The position numbers were made by a program, and so were the translations under genes. From Camelus dromedarius (lineage: Eukaryota): DNA of 64,000 nt. This document shows, in pieces, positions 39,584 to 52,089 of the stretch. Where the stretch lies: contig NC_087437.1 of the NCBI RefSeq assembly GCF_036321535.1, forward strand, positions 4,650,001 through 4,714,000, given 5' to 3'. Below the pieces are notes generated by a model. That model was given only the letters and a program-made list of their open reading frames with translations. It searched no databases and was not told the origin of the DNA. Within the stretch, counting starts at the first letter, position 1, and every line of letters starts with the position of its first letter.

Positions 39584-42242
39584 CTGCACAATCAAGAGAA
39601 GTGAAGAAAGTGAACATCAGACCAAGGCAGGACGGGCGGGGAGGGAGGCGGGACGGGGTGGTGGGGGTCCTGGTACCCTGGGTGCCTGCATCGGTGGCCC
39701 TGTTCGCTCTGCAGACTCAGGGCTCCAGGCACCGCGGGGAGGACCCTCCAGCCCTCCAGCCCAGGCTCCGGCTCCCCCAGCTTTCCCTGAGCTGTGTTAC
39801 TGCTATGCTCACACACCCACGCTCCGTGACTGTCATTTGCTCCCTGGAATTCTTGGGTTGCCTGAAACATTATGAGGGCTTGGTGAGAGCAACTAGAAAG
39901 TCTTGCAGAAAGGCTACTGGCTGAAAGCAAGATGCCTCACCACCTCTCCTACCTTTTCAGCTGCTCCTACCAAGTGTCCCCGACAAGAGGAAGGGGTGCT
40001 TTGCACACAAGAGCAGCGGACTCAGAAACTCCCACAGTGAATTTGAAGAAGACCTCAGTGGTACAGCAGAAGCCTTCTGTTTGAAGATATTAAGGACATG
40101 GGCAAGGGAACAGTGCATCTGGGTCCCACTGCCTGGGAGCGGGGCCGACTCCCGCTCAGGGACTCCGGCACCCGCTGCACTAAAGCCCGGCACACCCACA
40201 GCAGAGCGCAGCTGCTCTCTGTTCACGTGTCTGTGAAACACTTAGCTTGCCAACTGTTTTCCAAGCTCCCCAGGACAGCAGAGAGGAAATCCATCAAACC
40301 CCGAGGCCACCACTTCATCCCCAAGACCTGCAGGTGGACATGCCTCGCACAAAGCCTGTTTGGAATAGGATTTCTATAATGCTTGTCCAAATTACAGACG
40401 GCCCGGCCCCCTGGGCCAGTGGTTCCTGAGCCGATTGCACAATAGAACCCCCCAGGGATCTTTGAAAATTTCCAAGGGGCACAGGCATCAGGGATTCTTG
40501 AAGCTCCCGGTGGATTCTGATGTGCAGAAAAGTTTGGGAACCACTGTCTTTGGTTCCCAACAGAAACTCCTGTTTCAGGGAGGGAAGGAGGGAGAGTTTC
40601 AACTCCACTCTTTTTCCTTTTCCAAGCCTCCATTTTTTCCATTTCTTCAAATGGGCTAGAAATATTTATCGTTATCAGGCCAGCATGCTCTACACAGCGG
40701 GACTGCACATGTGCTGGAGATGGCAGTCTGAGGGCAGCAGGGACCCCCTTCCCTTCTCGTGCTCTGTGGGGTCTCACGCAGTCACACACTGTTCGCATGG
40801 ACCACAAGAGGTGGGACGATGGAAACCCCCCGAGAGGGGATCCTCTGGTGCCTACCCTGCCCTTGCGCAGACTTCCCAGCCCGTCTGTGGCAGCTCTGGC
40901 CAACTCAGGGTCTGAGGTCCTGTTTTCCTCATTGCATTCAACAAATCTGCAAGGGGAACCTCTACTCCCCACGCACGGGTGTGGGCTGGGTGCACGTGAG
41001 CAAGGGAGACAACCACCCTGCTCATAAGATCAGGGGCCAGTTCACTTTTTCTATAAAGAGCCAAAGAGTCAATATCTCAGGCTGTGCCTCTGATACAGCA
41101 ATGCTGTCATGACAACTCAACTGAACTCTGCCCTTCAGCACAAAAGTAGCCAGAGATGATCAAATTTAATTGCAAAAACAAGCCGGGTTGGACCCCTGGA
41201 TCATTGTTTGCTGATCTTACAGAGCTTACATTTTATGGAGGGGAGACCAGAAAGATCAGGCACCAAAGGTAAGAAAACTCTAACAACAGGAGAAAACTAT
41301 GCAGAGAATGAAGACAGATCACTGGCTGGAGAGAGACAGGGAAGGTGCCTGCAGATGGGGTGGGTGGGGGAGGCATTTCTGCATAGGGGCATGCACACTG
41401 AGTGACCAGAGAGCTGGTCACACTAAAAATCAGGGGGAAGAAGGTCCCAGACAGCCAGAGCCACAAGCACCAAGGCCCTAAGACCGGAAAAAGCTTGGGG
41501 CGCTGAGGACCGGAGAGACACAGCGCGGGCAGTGGCAGTCATGCGAGCTGATGCAAGAGGTGTGGGCAGAGTCCCTTGTGCAGAGGCTTTGCTCCAGGAT
41601 GAGGGGTCTGTCTCAGTCCTCCTGTGACGGGAAGCAGGCCCAGGCCGGGGGACGTCCCTCCTTGATGGATCCCCTCTCCCAGGCTGGCCAGAGGGGCGGG
41701 AGTCTGTGAAGCAGGGTCTCTGGATGGAGGGTACTCTTTGCTGGCCTAGAAAATCCTTTCTCTGGCATTTTGCTTGTCTCTCACCCTTACTTTAGCTCTG
41801 GTGGGGTGAGATGGGCTGCCTGGTATCTGGGGGCCCAAATAAGCTTAGGGTAACGTGTTCCTTGTTGTCTCCATTTTTCTGCCCTGAATGCAGGCACCCC
41901 TGCGTCCACTGGTGGGGTCCATGGTCACACTGTCATCAATGCTTGTCTGACGATAACTATATGATAACCAAGCCCAACTGGGCAGCGCCTCATTTGGTCA
42001 CCCCAGAATCCAGTATTGCAGGGGAAGCTATCAGCCCCACTGCACACATAAGGAAATCAACAGGAAAGCTGGGAGGCAGAATTCACCCCAAGAAGAACCA
42101 GTTTTCTATCCACGTGTCTCTGGAACTAGAGGCAACCCAGGGAAGGAAAACACCCCATGTCACATTAAAGAGGGCAGCTCTGCCCAGTGGGTATCCCTGC
42201 TCTGAACAGAGGCAGGGCAGAGGGCCTGGGGGATGCACTGAC

Positions 42243-42347
42243 CTGGGGGCCCGGAGGCCCAGGGGAGCTGAGTGACCCTTGCATGCACAGGGGCTCCTGT
42301 GTGGTCTCCAGCTCCAGGATGAGATTCTTCATATCTGGGGAGAGAAG
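42243..42347 (-). CDS. COLQ: COLQ exon 3
   Basis: [35 protein letters not shown]; aag / GTCAGT; 105 nt. Confidence 0.95.
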
Positions 42348-42562
42348 CTTCAAAGCAAAGTGACACAGGTTACAGGTCAGACTTGGGGGACAGAAGGGTC
42401 ACACCCCTGGACACAGACCTGTTCCACAGTCCAGCCCCCAGGCTGGCAGTTCCCTGACACCTCAGTGGGGATCCCAAGAAGGCGACTTCCGGGCCCCCAG
42501 TTCCTGTTCTCTCACCTGCTCTGGAGACAAACTTGGCTTGAATAGATTATAGAGATATAATG

Positions 42563-42662
42563 TCTCTTCAACACAGTATTGGAAGTCCTAGCCATAGCAA
42601 TCAGACAAGAAAAAGAAATAAAAGGGATCCAAATTGGAAGGGAAGAGGTACAACCGTCACTC
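42563..42662 (+). mobile_element. Short internal L1 ORF2 (RT-region) fragment
   Basis: ttcaacacagtattggaagtcctagccatagcaatcagacaagaaaaagaaataaaagggatccaaattgg reads [24 protein letters not shown]. Confidence 0.85.
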
Positions 42663-42729
42663 TATGGAGACATAATGGCCACTTGCGATGTGTTAGGAAG
42701 CTGATTCAGGGGCCTCTATCCAACGTCCG

Positions 42730-43035
42730 GGGCAGCACTGGCCAACAGAAATAAAATGTGAGACACCTGTGTCTTTCACATTTTTCTGGTAGCCACATTA
42801 AGAAGATAAAAGGACACAAGTGAAATTAATTTTAAGAAGTATTTTATTTTACCCAATATATCCCAAATATTATTATTTCAATGTATATTCAACATAGAAA
42901 GTTACCGAGAATCTTACATTCTTATAAAATACATCCAGTGTGTATTTCATGCTCAGAGCACATCTCAACTGGGACTGACCATGTTAAAGGTGCTCAGTAG
43001 CCATGTAGGGCCAGTGGCTACTGTCCTGGATGGTA
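42730..43035. mobile_element. MER33-like hAT MITE
   Basis: cagcactggccaacagaaataaaatgtgag...gtgaaattaattttaa...gtgctcagtagccatgt...gtggctactgtcctgga. Confidence 0.7.
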
Positions 43036-43209
43036 GAGGTCCAAGGGCTTCTGGAAAGATCTGAGCATCTCAAGTCCCTGGAAGGCCCTGGCCTATTGTC
43101 TTCCAGATCAGCATCCCAAATCTCGCACTTTCCTTACCTTTTCCCTTCTTCCCCAGTTCCATTTCCCCTCACAGGACTATTTCATGTGTCACTTCATGGA
43201 GATGGTCTA

Positions 43210-43626
<417 letters not shown>

Positions 43627-44138
43627 TCAGAGAAAAGCACTGCTCATTAGTGCGGGTCAGCAGTAGGGCCTTCGTGTGCCCCCCGAGCCCAGGGGGAGAC
43701 CTGCATGCCTCCCCAGATGTCCGCGTCTGCTCTCCAGCCTGTTAGATGTGAGCACACCTCCTGCTTCTCCTTGACGTAGCCCTCCACCACCTTCTGAGTA
43801 AGCGAGCAGCTAGTGCAGACACTGCAACCTTAGAAGGTCCAGGTCTCCTTCTCCAGATGCTGACTGTTCACTTTGTAGATGGGACAAAGAATGCAAAGTT
43901 CAAACAGACTCAAAATGTGCCCCCCAACTAACAGGGAGAAGGCAGTGTCTGTTAATAACCTTGACATTGTGCCTGGAAGGAACTGTTCAGAGCAGGAGGC
44001 AGCCAGGGCTGGAGGCAGTGCCAATTAGACCCAGAGCCACAACTTCAAACACGCATTTGACTCCAGACTCTACACACACATTCGGGGTCACCCATGCTCA
44101 CCAGAGAGCGACAGTTTAATGTCTTAAGATGTGAGTGT

Positions 44139-44743
44139 AAACTAAAAATAGAGTTATCATATGATCCAGCAGTCTCACTCCTGGGCATATATCTGGAGGA
44201 AACTCTGGATAAAGACACCTGTACCCCAATGTTCACAGCAGCACTATTTACAATAGTCAAGACATGGAAACAACCTAAACGCCCATCAACAGGTGACTGG
44301 ATAAAGAAGCTGTGGTGTATTTATACAACGGAATACTACTCAGCCATAAAAAGTAATTAAATAACGCCATTTGCAGCAACATGGATGCACCTATAGACTG
44401 TCATTCTAAGTGAAGTCAGACAGAGAAAGACAAATATCATCTGCTATCACTTATATGTGGAATCTAAAAAAGGACACAAATGAACTTATCTACAAAACAG
44501 AGACAGACTCACAGACATAGAAAACAAACATGGTTACCGGGGGGGGGGGAGAGTGGAGGAAGGGATAAACTGGGAGCTGGGGATTTTCAGATACTAGCTA
44601 TTATATATAAAATAGGTAAACAACAAGGTCCTACTGTACAGCACACGGAGCTATACTCAATACCTTGTAATAACCTATAATGAAAAAGAATATGAAAAAG
44701 AATATAAAAAATATAAAAGCCAACAATTATTAAAAGAAAAAAA
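44139..44743 (+). mobile_element. 5'-truncated L1
   Basis: LKIELSYDPAVSLLGIY...KTWKQPK...WIKKLWCIYTTEYYSAIK, followed by L1 3'UTR and A-rich tail. Confidence 0.92.
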
Positions 44744-47700
44744 GACATAGATGTAAAGAGGTAGGCCAATGGCCCTGGATCCTTACAGCTTTGCTGTGAC
44801 GTGGAGACTCACGCACGTTCAATGTCGGCATGTGTTCGGTGTTGAAGTTCACCTCGCAGAAAGGACACAGATCCTAAGTGTCCAGCCCAGTAGACTGCTG
44901 CACAGGGAGCGTGCCCTGGAAGTGGGTGCAAGGGCCCAGACACAGGACCGCGCAGCCACCAGCAGCGCCGTCAGCTCCCGCAGGTCCCTGCACTGCTCCC
45001 TCCCCACCGCCCCCACCTCCAGCCCTGGGGACTCCTGGGGCCTGTGTTTGCACTTGACATACATGTCAACCCTTTGGGTTCTTTTTGTGCCTGGTCGCTG
45101 TTTGCAGCTGTTCGTGCTGCCAACTAGAGCTCCCCTGTGTGACTATGTGTCCATCCCATGGCCGCTGAACATCGGATGACACCGCCACACCCCCACCACA
45201 ATGGCTAAAACAAAAAGGACCAAAAACATCCAAGGTTGCCAGGGTGTGGCACAGCCAGAACTCTCATGCGTGGGCTGGTGGGAGTGAAAATTGGTTCAAC
45301 CTTTTTGGAAAACTGCTCAACACTGTCTACTAAAGCTGAATGTAGGCACATCGTTTAGCTGAGAAATCCACTCCTAAGTGCTTACTGATGGGAAAGTGGG
45401 TGCACATTCACCCAAACACCTGAACGAGAACATTCTCAGCAGTAAGATCCATCATCGCCAAAAGCTGTGATTTTTCATCTCCCAGTTTTGGTCTCATGAT
45501 GTGCCCTGGCCTCCACGCCTTCAAGCCTCTGACCTCGCAGAAAGGTTGCCCCCCGCCCTCTCATGCCTCTCAGCCCTGCACCCACTTGTCAGTCTTGTCC
45601 CCCAGGGGCCAGCGCTGGCCTTCCCTTTCCACCCTGTGTTCCAGGACCTTCCTCAGACATCAGGCAACCGATAGGTGCTCCCCAGAGGGCTCTGGTGTGG
45701 GGCTGTGTGTGTCAGCTCCAGCGCCCTGGGAGTCACTGCCCTGAGCACACACACACCCTGATGTCTCGTGGACCTGCATCCCTCTGGCTAGGCCAGTGGT
45801 CCTCAGCCCCTGGAAGAGCCCCGTTGGTAAGAAATATTATTTAAAGACCCCTTTATTATCCCCAGAATGAAATTTACAAGTAAAAGACAACACATCCATG
45901 CAATTTACAAAATCAACATAATGCTCGGAATGTAACATAAAAGAGAGCTCTTTTTTTACTTCTTTTTACCATAAAAGTAATTTAAGGTATAAAAATATGC
46001 ATATTTGATTATAAGCGGTCAGGCAGAAGCAGATGGGAAAACGAGACAATGCAGGTGGAGGCTTGCGCCTGTGTGTGAGATCACAGCCAAGGCCAACACG
46101 GCAACACGGAAGCTTCAAGGGCTGGCTCCGCTGTGAGGGGTGGGACTTTCTCAAATGACAGACAACACCGCCTTAAAGTCCCAACCAAAACAAGCACAGG
46201 CATTGCTCAAGAGCCTCAGAAAACTCAGTTTAATACAAGAGCGGTTCTGCAGAGAGGGGTGTGAAAGAGAATTAGGTTCTAGGATGAGGTCTTCAGAAAA
46301 GGCGTGAATCTTCCCTGTGACACTTCAAGGTCGTGTGGCACACGGACCCCCCATTTATGTATGGTTCTGACCTGCTCTTTGCAGGAAACGTCTCACCCAG
46401 CCATTGTGACAGCCGAAAATGAAAATGTTCAAAGCAGCCCCATTAGGGACGGTTGGCTTATCCCAAGCTTGGAGCTGGCTCGGTGACAAACAGTCCACAG
46501 AACCTGGTTTCCCAGACCCAAGACGGCATCTGCCCAGGCTGCTAGGTTAACAGGGACCCCAGGGAGTTCAGAGAAGCGAGGAAGAGGCAATGACCAGCTG
46601 GGAGGGGCGCGGAGGCGTCCCAGGAGAGGGGGCATTCACGCTCATTCTGGAAGGTCAGCTGGGGTACCTGGGGACCGGCAGGTGCATGTGGTGACTGTTT
46701 CCAGACCACCTATGGCCCCCGCGCCTCCCTGCAGCATACATCCTGCGCAGCCCGCCCCGATGAAAGACCCTGTCTCCTTTAAAGCCCCTTCCCTCACTTC
46801 CTCCGGGAAGTGGGAGCACCCTCAGTGGACACACACCGGCAGCTGCTCCTCCCGCTGGGGCTTCTGCCTTGTTCACCCCCCAATCTCCCGCCCCCCTCGA
46901 CCCACTTCATTTCAGCAGGTGAAGACCATCTATTTCTGCCCATCCCTCAACTCCCTGGAGATGTTTGTGTTTAGCCCAGTCCAGTTTATTTACAGCTCCC
47001 ACCAGCTCAGAATATTTCCATCAGGTGGACGTGTTTGTGAACAGCTTCCCCCTGCCCCTCCCTCCCAGCCATTAAGCCAGGACTTCACATGTCTATTTTG
47101 GTGTCATCCCAGTGGCCTGCGGGTTTCTCTCCGGACTGTGCTGCCTCCAGGGAATCATGTCCAAGATTGGGTCCAGCCTGGAAAAGCCCCAGGGGCTCAC
47201 TTGTAATGGAAACGATTGTGCGAGCGTGTGTGTGTGTGTGCGCGCTCGCGCAGGGCCTGCAGAAACCTTGGGGCCCCACGTGGCTCAGCCCCAGGTAGCT
47301 GCCTTGTAATTTGAGGACTGCTTGCCCCAAATTTATAGACACCAAAGTCAGATTGTGTGTGGCCACTGCAGCACCATGTCGTGGGGAGAAACAACCCCGA
47401 GCCCCATGCAGGCTTTTGGCAAACGTTTGCTTTGCTTTTCTTGCTGCTGGCTTTGCCCTTTGGATGCAGCACCCACTTGACTCTTGGGCATATCCTTGGA
47501 AAGTGATTCACTACAACTTACTCTCAGAACGTAGGGACTTGGATCAAAGAGTGTGAGTCCGGGTACAAGTGACCGTGTGACCCACGTGACTCCCTTCTTG
47601 AAGCTGAGACTCAGTGTCCCCGTCTGCACCACGAGGAATTTGGCCCAAACCATCTCCAAAGGCCTTTTTTATTCCTCTGGTCCCAGGACCACCACCACAT

Positions 47701-48515
47701 CCATGAGGACCTCTCACTCACAGACTGGCCCATCAGCAGGGCCCTAGGGACAGCCTTTTCCATCTGCCTCCTTCTGCATCAGGTGGCACCCCTTCAGCCA
47801 GTCAAATTGTCATTAGGCGGCACTGAAGGAAAAAAGCGACCCTAACATCCTGCCCTTGCAGGCTGGGGAAATCACAGGTGCGGCCACTCTCTCCGACCCC
47901 ACAGCTGCTTGCACTCAGGTCCTCACATCCTCCTTCTTTCTAGGTGCCCCCACCCCACCCCTGCCACCTGGTGGAACGAGCAGGAGCCCGAGGGGAGGAC
48001 AGGCGACGGGCACACACTCACGGCATCATGTTCCGACAGCAAGTCAGGTGTCTCAGCTACAGCCACCTTCTCACCTGATCTGGCTGCGGTTTGCCCGGTT
48101 TTCTCTGGTTCTCCCGGGTTCACGAGTTCCAGGGAAGGCGGCTCCCTACAACTTTCCTTTCACCCCACTCCCAGCACACACACCTTGAAGAACAAATTCG
48201 GATCCTAACGCTTGAAGGTGTTTACACTTCTCTGAAATTCCACGTTAGGGGTTTGCTGTCTTGGGATGTGATGGAGCAGGCAGGCCTGTGGGGGGCAGGT
48301 GAGGACACAACCTACAACGAAGACACTCGCCCCAGGGACAGTCGGCCACGTGACCCAAGCCAGGCAGCCCGGAACGAGATGGAGGGCGTCTCGGCAACCC
48401 AAAGCCAGGGGTGGCCCTGGACCGCACAACACCATGCCACTTCAAAGCCAAGAGGGCAGCAGCTGCCAGCCGGCCAGTCCGAACCAAGGTCACAAGAGGG
48501 GCACACACAAGTGTG

Positions 48516-48539
48516 CACACACACACACACACACACACA
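48516..48539. repeat. (CA)12 microsatellite
   Basis: CA run; reads (UG)12 on the COLQ sense strand about 180 nt into the intron after exon 1A. Confidence 0.9.
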
Positions 48540-48715
48540 TCACACGAGCGTGTGTGCCACGGTTCTCACAGACTCTGTCAGACCCCTTTGCACTGCAATC
48601 CAACACCAGCAGAGAAGTTTCAGATTTAAAGGCTGCTGAAAGCTCCCAGAGCAAGTCTGCTTTCCAAGGGTCCGTTTTTCCACACGGCACGCACACACTC
48701 ACTCACTCAACTCAC

Positions 48716-48791
48716 CCCGGCAGCAGGCTGAGTAGCAGAGCAGTCCTGAAACCGTGAGCAGGTGAGTGAGGCTGAGGGCCGGGCCCGTCAT
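48716..48791 (-). CDS. COLQ: COLQ alternative first exon 1A (signal peptide)
   Basis: acgATG then MTGPALSLTHLLTVSGLLCYSACCR plus 1 nt; donor GTGAGT; phase 1 matches exon 2. Resembles the human ColQ-1a N-terminus as recalled (MTGSSFSLAHLLIISGLLCYSAGCL). Confidence 0.9.
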
Positions 48792-49270
48792 CGTCACCGG
48801 GGGGCCAGGCCCAGGCAGACTGGCCGGGGCACCGGCTGGAGGCAGGCTGAGACGCGTCACGCCCCCAGAGCCCCGGCGCCCAGCCTGCCGGGCATCTGGG
48901 GTGGGAGCTGGCCAATCCTGCTCTGGTGTTGCTTCTGCCCCAGATGCCAGGGGTCCGGAAGCCAGTCCTGAGCTCCCGGGAGCAGGACGGGAAAGGCAGC
49001 GCTCTGGCCTCGCAGGAGGTTGTGCTGGGGGCAGCTTGGGAGAGGGATGGGTCCTTGGGGAGGGCCCGGGGTGGGGAGGCGAGCTTGGGAGCCCAGGATA
49101 GTGATGGCCCTGCAGCTGAGAGGAAACCGAGTGGAATCCGGGAGGGGGATGGTGTGGGGGGACTCAGCCTCCCTCTGCTCCACGGAAGGTCTTTGTTGCT
49201 TCACCATGTCAGTGCCAAAGTGCTGCCAACAAAGCTAAATTTAATTTTTTAAATATATTTATATGTTTAC
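48792..49270 (-). promoter_or_regulatory. COLQ exon-1A 5'UTR / proximal promoter
   Basis: N-box CCGGAA 48955-48960, CACC box 49068-49076, E-box CAGCTG 49113-49118, GGAAA 49122-49126, MEF2 consensus CTAAATTTAA 49235-49244. Confidence 0.6.
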
Positions 49271-49504
49271 AAAGGGCTCACGGGGCAAACCTTAGCTGGA
49301 GCCTCCTTGTAAAATGAATGATTAAGTGACATATACCAGATGCATGTGGCAATCTGATACTTTGTAGGCACCCAGTGCACAAGCAGGCGTGCGTGCGTGC
49401 ACACACACACGCACACGCAATTATCAAGATTATAGAAGACAAGATCATTAGTACTTCGCAGGAAGCACTGCTGTTGTAACCACCTTAGTAAAGATCAAGA
49501 GTTA

Positions 49505-49722
49505 CAGCAGGAGTCAGCAAATTTTTTCGGGAAAGGGCCGGATAGTGAGTGTTTTAGACTCTAGGAGCCACGTGGCCTTTGGAGCAACTCTGCTGTTGCA
49601 CATGAGAGCTTCCTGAGACACCTCGGGCAGAAATGCGAGTGGCCTGCTGCAATGGCACCTCACTTACAAAAACAGGAGGCAGGCTGGATCTGGCCCACAG
49701 GCTGTAGTGAGCCAACCACTGA
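49505..49722. mobile_element. MER58A-like hAT MITE
   Basis: caggagtcagcaaatttttt...aagggccggatagtgagtgttttag...caaaaacaggaggcaggctggatctggcccacaggctgtag. A partial copy lies near 41030-41200. Confidence 0.7.
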
Positions 49723-51689
49723 GTGACAGCCTCCAAAAGAAAGGATGCTTCCTGTATTCATTCATTCATTCGTTCATTCATTCATTCATCTACTGTCTCA
49801 TTCATTCAGAAATACACAGTGAGCGGGGACCAAATGCCTGCAAGACACGATGACCCGACACGGTTCCTGCCCTTGAAATGAGTCATTTGGTGTCGAGGAA
49901 TGGAGTCAGGCAAACTCAGGCTGGAGTCCTGGTTTTGCCACTCACTTGCTGTCTGACCTTGAGGAAGTTATTTACTTTGTCTGAGCCTCAGCTTTCTCGT
50001 CTGTAGAGAGGGTATGGAGAAACGCATCTTGCGAGCTCGTCGTGGCTTTTGGAGTTCCTGGGCATAGAACAGCAGCTCTTTTATCAACATTTCCATAGGT
50101 AACTTGCACAAGGTGGAGAAAGAAAGGTGGCTACCATGGGACTGGGGTGTCTGGTGGTGGGTTACAGGAGAAAGTGATGGGTATAAGTTGGGCGGGGGAT
50201 ACAAGTGAGAAAAATCAGGGAAAGCTTCCTGGAAGAGGTGGCATTTGAGCTGCACTTTGCAAGCAGAGAAGGTCTGCTGGTACAACAATGGGAGGGGGAC
50301 GGGAGGGCAGGGAAAGGCTCTGCTCCTTCTCTGGGATGTTTCCCTCGATTCTCAGAAACAGAGTCTAAGACATCAGAGGAGACAGTGCGGAAGGCGTGGA
50401 GAGCTCGGTCCTGAAACCCAGACCATTGCAGAAAAGTCTTCTGCGTCACATTTTCTGAAATACCCCAGTGCCAGGTCCTGTTCCTACGGCTCTATTTTTC
50501 AGGGCTCATTTCAAAGATCCTTGGAGGTGGACGTTTTGCCACTTTTAGCACCCAAAGCATCCATTTTTTACCACTGGCATCAAACTTCTTCTCAAAAGGC
50601 TTACACAAGACACCACTCTGCTATACTTCGTTTCATTATTGTCAAAATGAAGGGGACTGACCAGATGATGGCAGAGGTCCTGTCCAACCCTGCAGGCATC
50701 TGAATCTTTGCTCCGAACCCAGTGTCTCAGGCTGTCTCTCTTTTCTGTTTCTCCTTCTGCCATTCTCTTTCCTGCCCCAGGCCCATCCTCCATCTCTCTG
50801 CCTCCCTATCTCTAACTTTGTCTCACTCTCTGTGTCTGCCTCCCCAACTAACAGTTGGATTTCCTGAAGTCAAAAGCCTGGATGTGAGCTCACTCCTTAA
50901 CCACCCCTTCAGCCAAGCGTGCTCGCCTGGGTTGAGGAATCCTGGTCTCCAGCCCCGGTGTGGTCAGTAACCTGCTGTGTGACCTTGAACAATTCACTTC
51001 CACGCTGGGCCTTGGTGTTCCCAAATGTAAAATGGGAGCATTGGACCACATGAGCTCTGAGCCCTTCCTTTCCAGCCGCGGCTTCTTCCAGGGGTGGTGA
51101 CACCCAAGACGCAATGGTCCTTCATGAGGGTGCTGGACCGGGATGGAGGACCACCCCCACTCCCCTGAGAGTGATCCCTGCCCTCCAGGCAGCCGGCCCG
51201 CTGGGCTGCCCATCCTGGGCCCAGCACTGGCTCACCAGAGCAGGGCTGCCTGCAGAATCTAATTGATAAGAAAGGTTTCTGAGCCCTTCCTGCAGCCGTC
51301 AGCAGGTGTCATATTCACAGTATTTTGTCTTAATTGCGGCTCTGGGATTTATCACCCAGGCCAGAAGACCACTTCTGGAATACTGCCTCCCGGGCACGGG
51401 GCCAGAGCGCCTGTCCCCGCTGCGGCCATGCGTAGGCCTGGTTCCTGCTGCCCCAACAAAGCAGAGTCTGCTTTACATCTTCCTGCTGTGTCTCCTGCCC
51501 TTGCGGCCCAGAGAGCTTGTGCGGCCTGGATAACTCGGCATCCTTCCAAAGGAGCCAGGGTCCCAGTGCACATCTGGGGGCAGAGCCCCGGGTCCCGCCA
51601 GCCCCGGGCGCCTGGGTCTGCTGTCCCACCCCCAAACCTGGGTGGGCAGAGAAGTAGGCTGGAGGATCTGGGTTCAGCCTTCTCACTGC

Positions 51690-52089
51690 CAGACACCCTG
51701 TCCTTGGCCTGACTTTGGTCAGGCTCTCAACCAGGCCTCGACCTCGGGCTTCCGTGACAGCCTTGCTGAGTCGAGTTTTAGCAAGAACCCACTAAGTCGG
51801 TTTAGCGAGAATCCCCACCCCTGGTATCTGATCACCCTGGCCTGCCTTCAGCTGGAGTCCTGCTAAGAGGCTTTAGCAAGATCCCCTACCCTTGATGTCT
51901 CCTCTTGGTGATTTTCCATCCACCGACCCCCACAACCCACTCCTTGACTACAAATCCCCACTTGTTCTGTTTCATTCGGAACTGAGCTCAGCCTCCCCTA
52001 CTGAGACCGTCCTGCCTCCCGGGGACAGAGTCTGCTTCAAAGTCTTCCCAGTCCTTTCAACAAGCATCAGAACCATCTTCTCTTTGACA
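51690..52089 (+). mobile_element. ERV1 solo LTR (MER31/MER67-like)
   Basis: Internal repeats tttagcaagaa / tttagcgagaatcccc, cccttgatgtctcctcttggtgattttccatccac, ends ...ctttgaca; family name from recall. Confidence 0.65.

Noticed and set aside
48759..48767. Perfect + strand donor CAG/GTGAGT inside exon 1A
   Set aside because: Explained by the Thr-His-Leu codons on the - strand; no other sign of an antisense exon.
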